This document shows positions 63,356 to 64,000 of a stretch of DNA of 64,000 nucleotides, in pieces. Origin of the DNA: Vicugna vicugna (Eukaryota). The notes beneath the pieces are model-generated. The model worked only from the letters and a program-made list of their open reading frames with translations. It was not told the origin of the DNA and did not search any database. Numbering within the stretch: the first letter of the stretch is position 1; each line of letters opens with the position of its first letter. The position numbers and the translations under genes were made by a program. The stretch lies in assembly GCA_013265495.1 (NCBI GenBank), contig MU058636.1, positions 3,831,967 through 3,895,966 on the forward strand. The letters are read 5' to 3'.

Positions 63356-63753
63356 CAAAGTACTGAAACTGCTGCGGGGTGTCAGGTGGGACAACAGCTC
63401 ACACGCAGCAGGAGGCAGCCGCGCTCAGGCTTGTTCACTCCTGCTGGCACCAACTCCAAGTAGAGGCAGCACGGGAACTCAGCTCTGAGCGCAGAGCTGG
63501 TTCTAATTCTCAGCACCTCTTTGGTGAGTGACTAAATGACTAAACAGGAAACGGGAGAGGTGAGCAATGAACGAGGCCAGAGTGGGGCCGCTTAGAGGGT
63601 CCCAAACAGGAGGTTGAACAGCAGAAACCCTCTCCTCCAACTGGATCCCCACCAGTGGCTGTTAGGTTAATTCAAAAATATATATTTGAAGGCAAGGAAC
63701 CATTTTTAAATGATACGTACCTCCTACAAACATTTTATTTCAATTTGCAACAG

Positions 63754-63784
63754 TAAAATGTACATTCGTTCCCGATCTTTTGAT
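63754..63784 (+). pseudogene. tentative exon t (31 nt): KMYIRSRSFD
   Basis: caacAG acceptor, GAT|GTAAGG donor; phase 2 to 0 is compatible with tentative exon s. Confidence 0.4.
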
Positions 63785-64000
63785 GTAAGGCCAAGGCTTT
63801 TTCTTCGAGTAAGAGGCAAGTTCAACACAGTCTGCCATAAATGCATTATTTATGACTTTCAGTTTCTGCCTTTTTTAAGCAGAGCAAGAACTTAAAGATA
63901 TTTGCAAAGCAATGAGAGCACTAGACTTCTAGTTTTTTTGCAATTTCCCCCAAGCTTTAAAAGTTATCTCATCTGTCCTCAATTTAACATGACCCTTCAT

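Larger units (their letters stand above)
3011..63784 (+). pseudogene. WDR95: WD40-repeat gene of the WDR49(CFAP337)/WDY family, likely WDR95; intron-containing, disabled; 5' and 3' ends lie outside the window
   Basis: Colinear exons with mostly matching phases splice into WD40 blades (LLLTGGMDRIISIW, SHTAPVTYV, VVKVWDFETG, GRDGWLRTWS, GWDRRINVY, HKEAILCVAYCPPFLLATS, GTFGQSSPWD). Multiple frameshift and splice lesions are present. The symbol comes from recalled family similarity. Confidence 0.8.

Noticed and set aside
1..64000. tRNA, rRNA, snRNA genes, processed pseudogenes or prokaryote-type systems
   Set aside because: None recognised by eye; Infernal/tRNAscan would be needed to exclude short or diverged RNAs

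Overview
Mammalian nuclear DNA, probably camelid (inferred from L1 3' tails and a SINE fragment). The window holds the middle and 3' part of one large, multi-exon WD40-repeat gene on the + strand, of the WDR49(CFAP337)/WDY family and most likely WDR95. I recovered 17 well-supported exons and 2 tentative ones by reading splice sites and checking phase continuity. The gene looks like a unitary pseudogene: several single-base frameshifts, destroyed splice sites (AG>GG, GT>CT, one missing acceptor), a probably deleted exon, and a cluster of local duplications in a GC-rich exon region at 56.7-58.0 kb. No in-frame stop codon occurs in the corrected exon frames. Introns are filled with L1, L2, MIR, MLT1, MER21, MER5 and Tigger relics. 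They also contain a ~29-bp AGGTCA-rich minisatellite next to a CpG-rich patch, a pair of RFX X-boxes and several CTCF-like motifs. Nearly all ORFs in the supplied track are spurious. I found no evidence of a new biological system (no CRISPR, RNA genes or intact mobile element). Gene and repeat family names are from recall, not from database searches.
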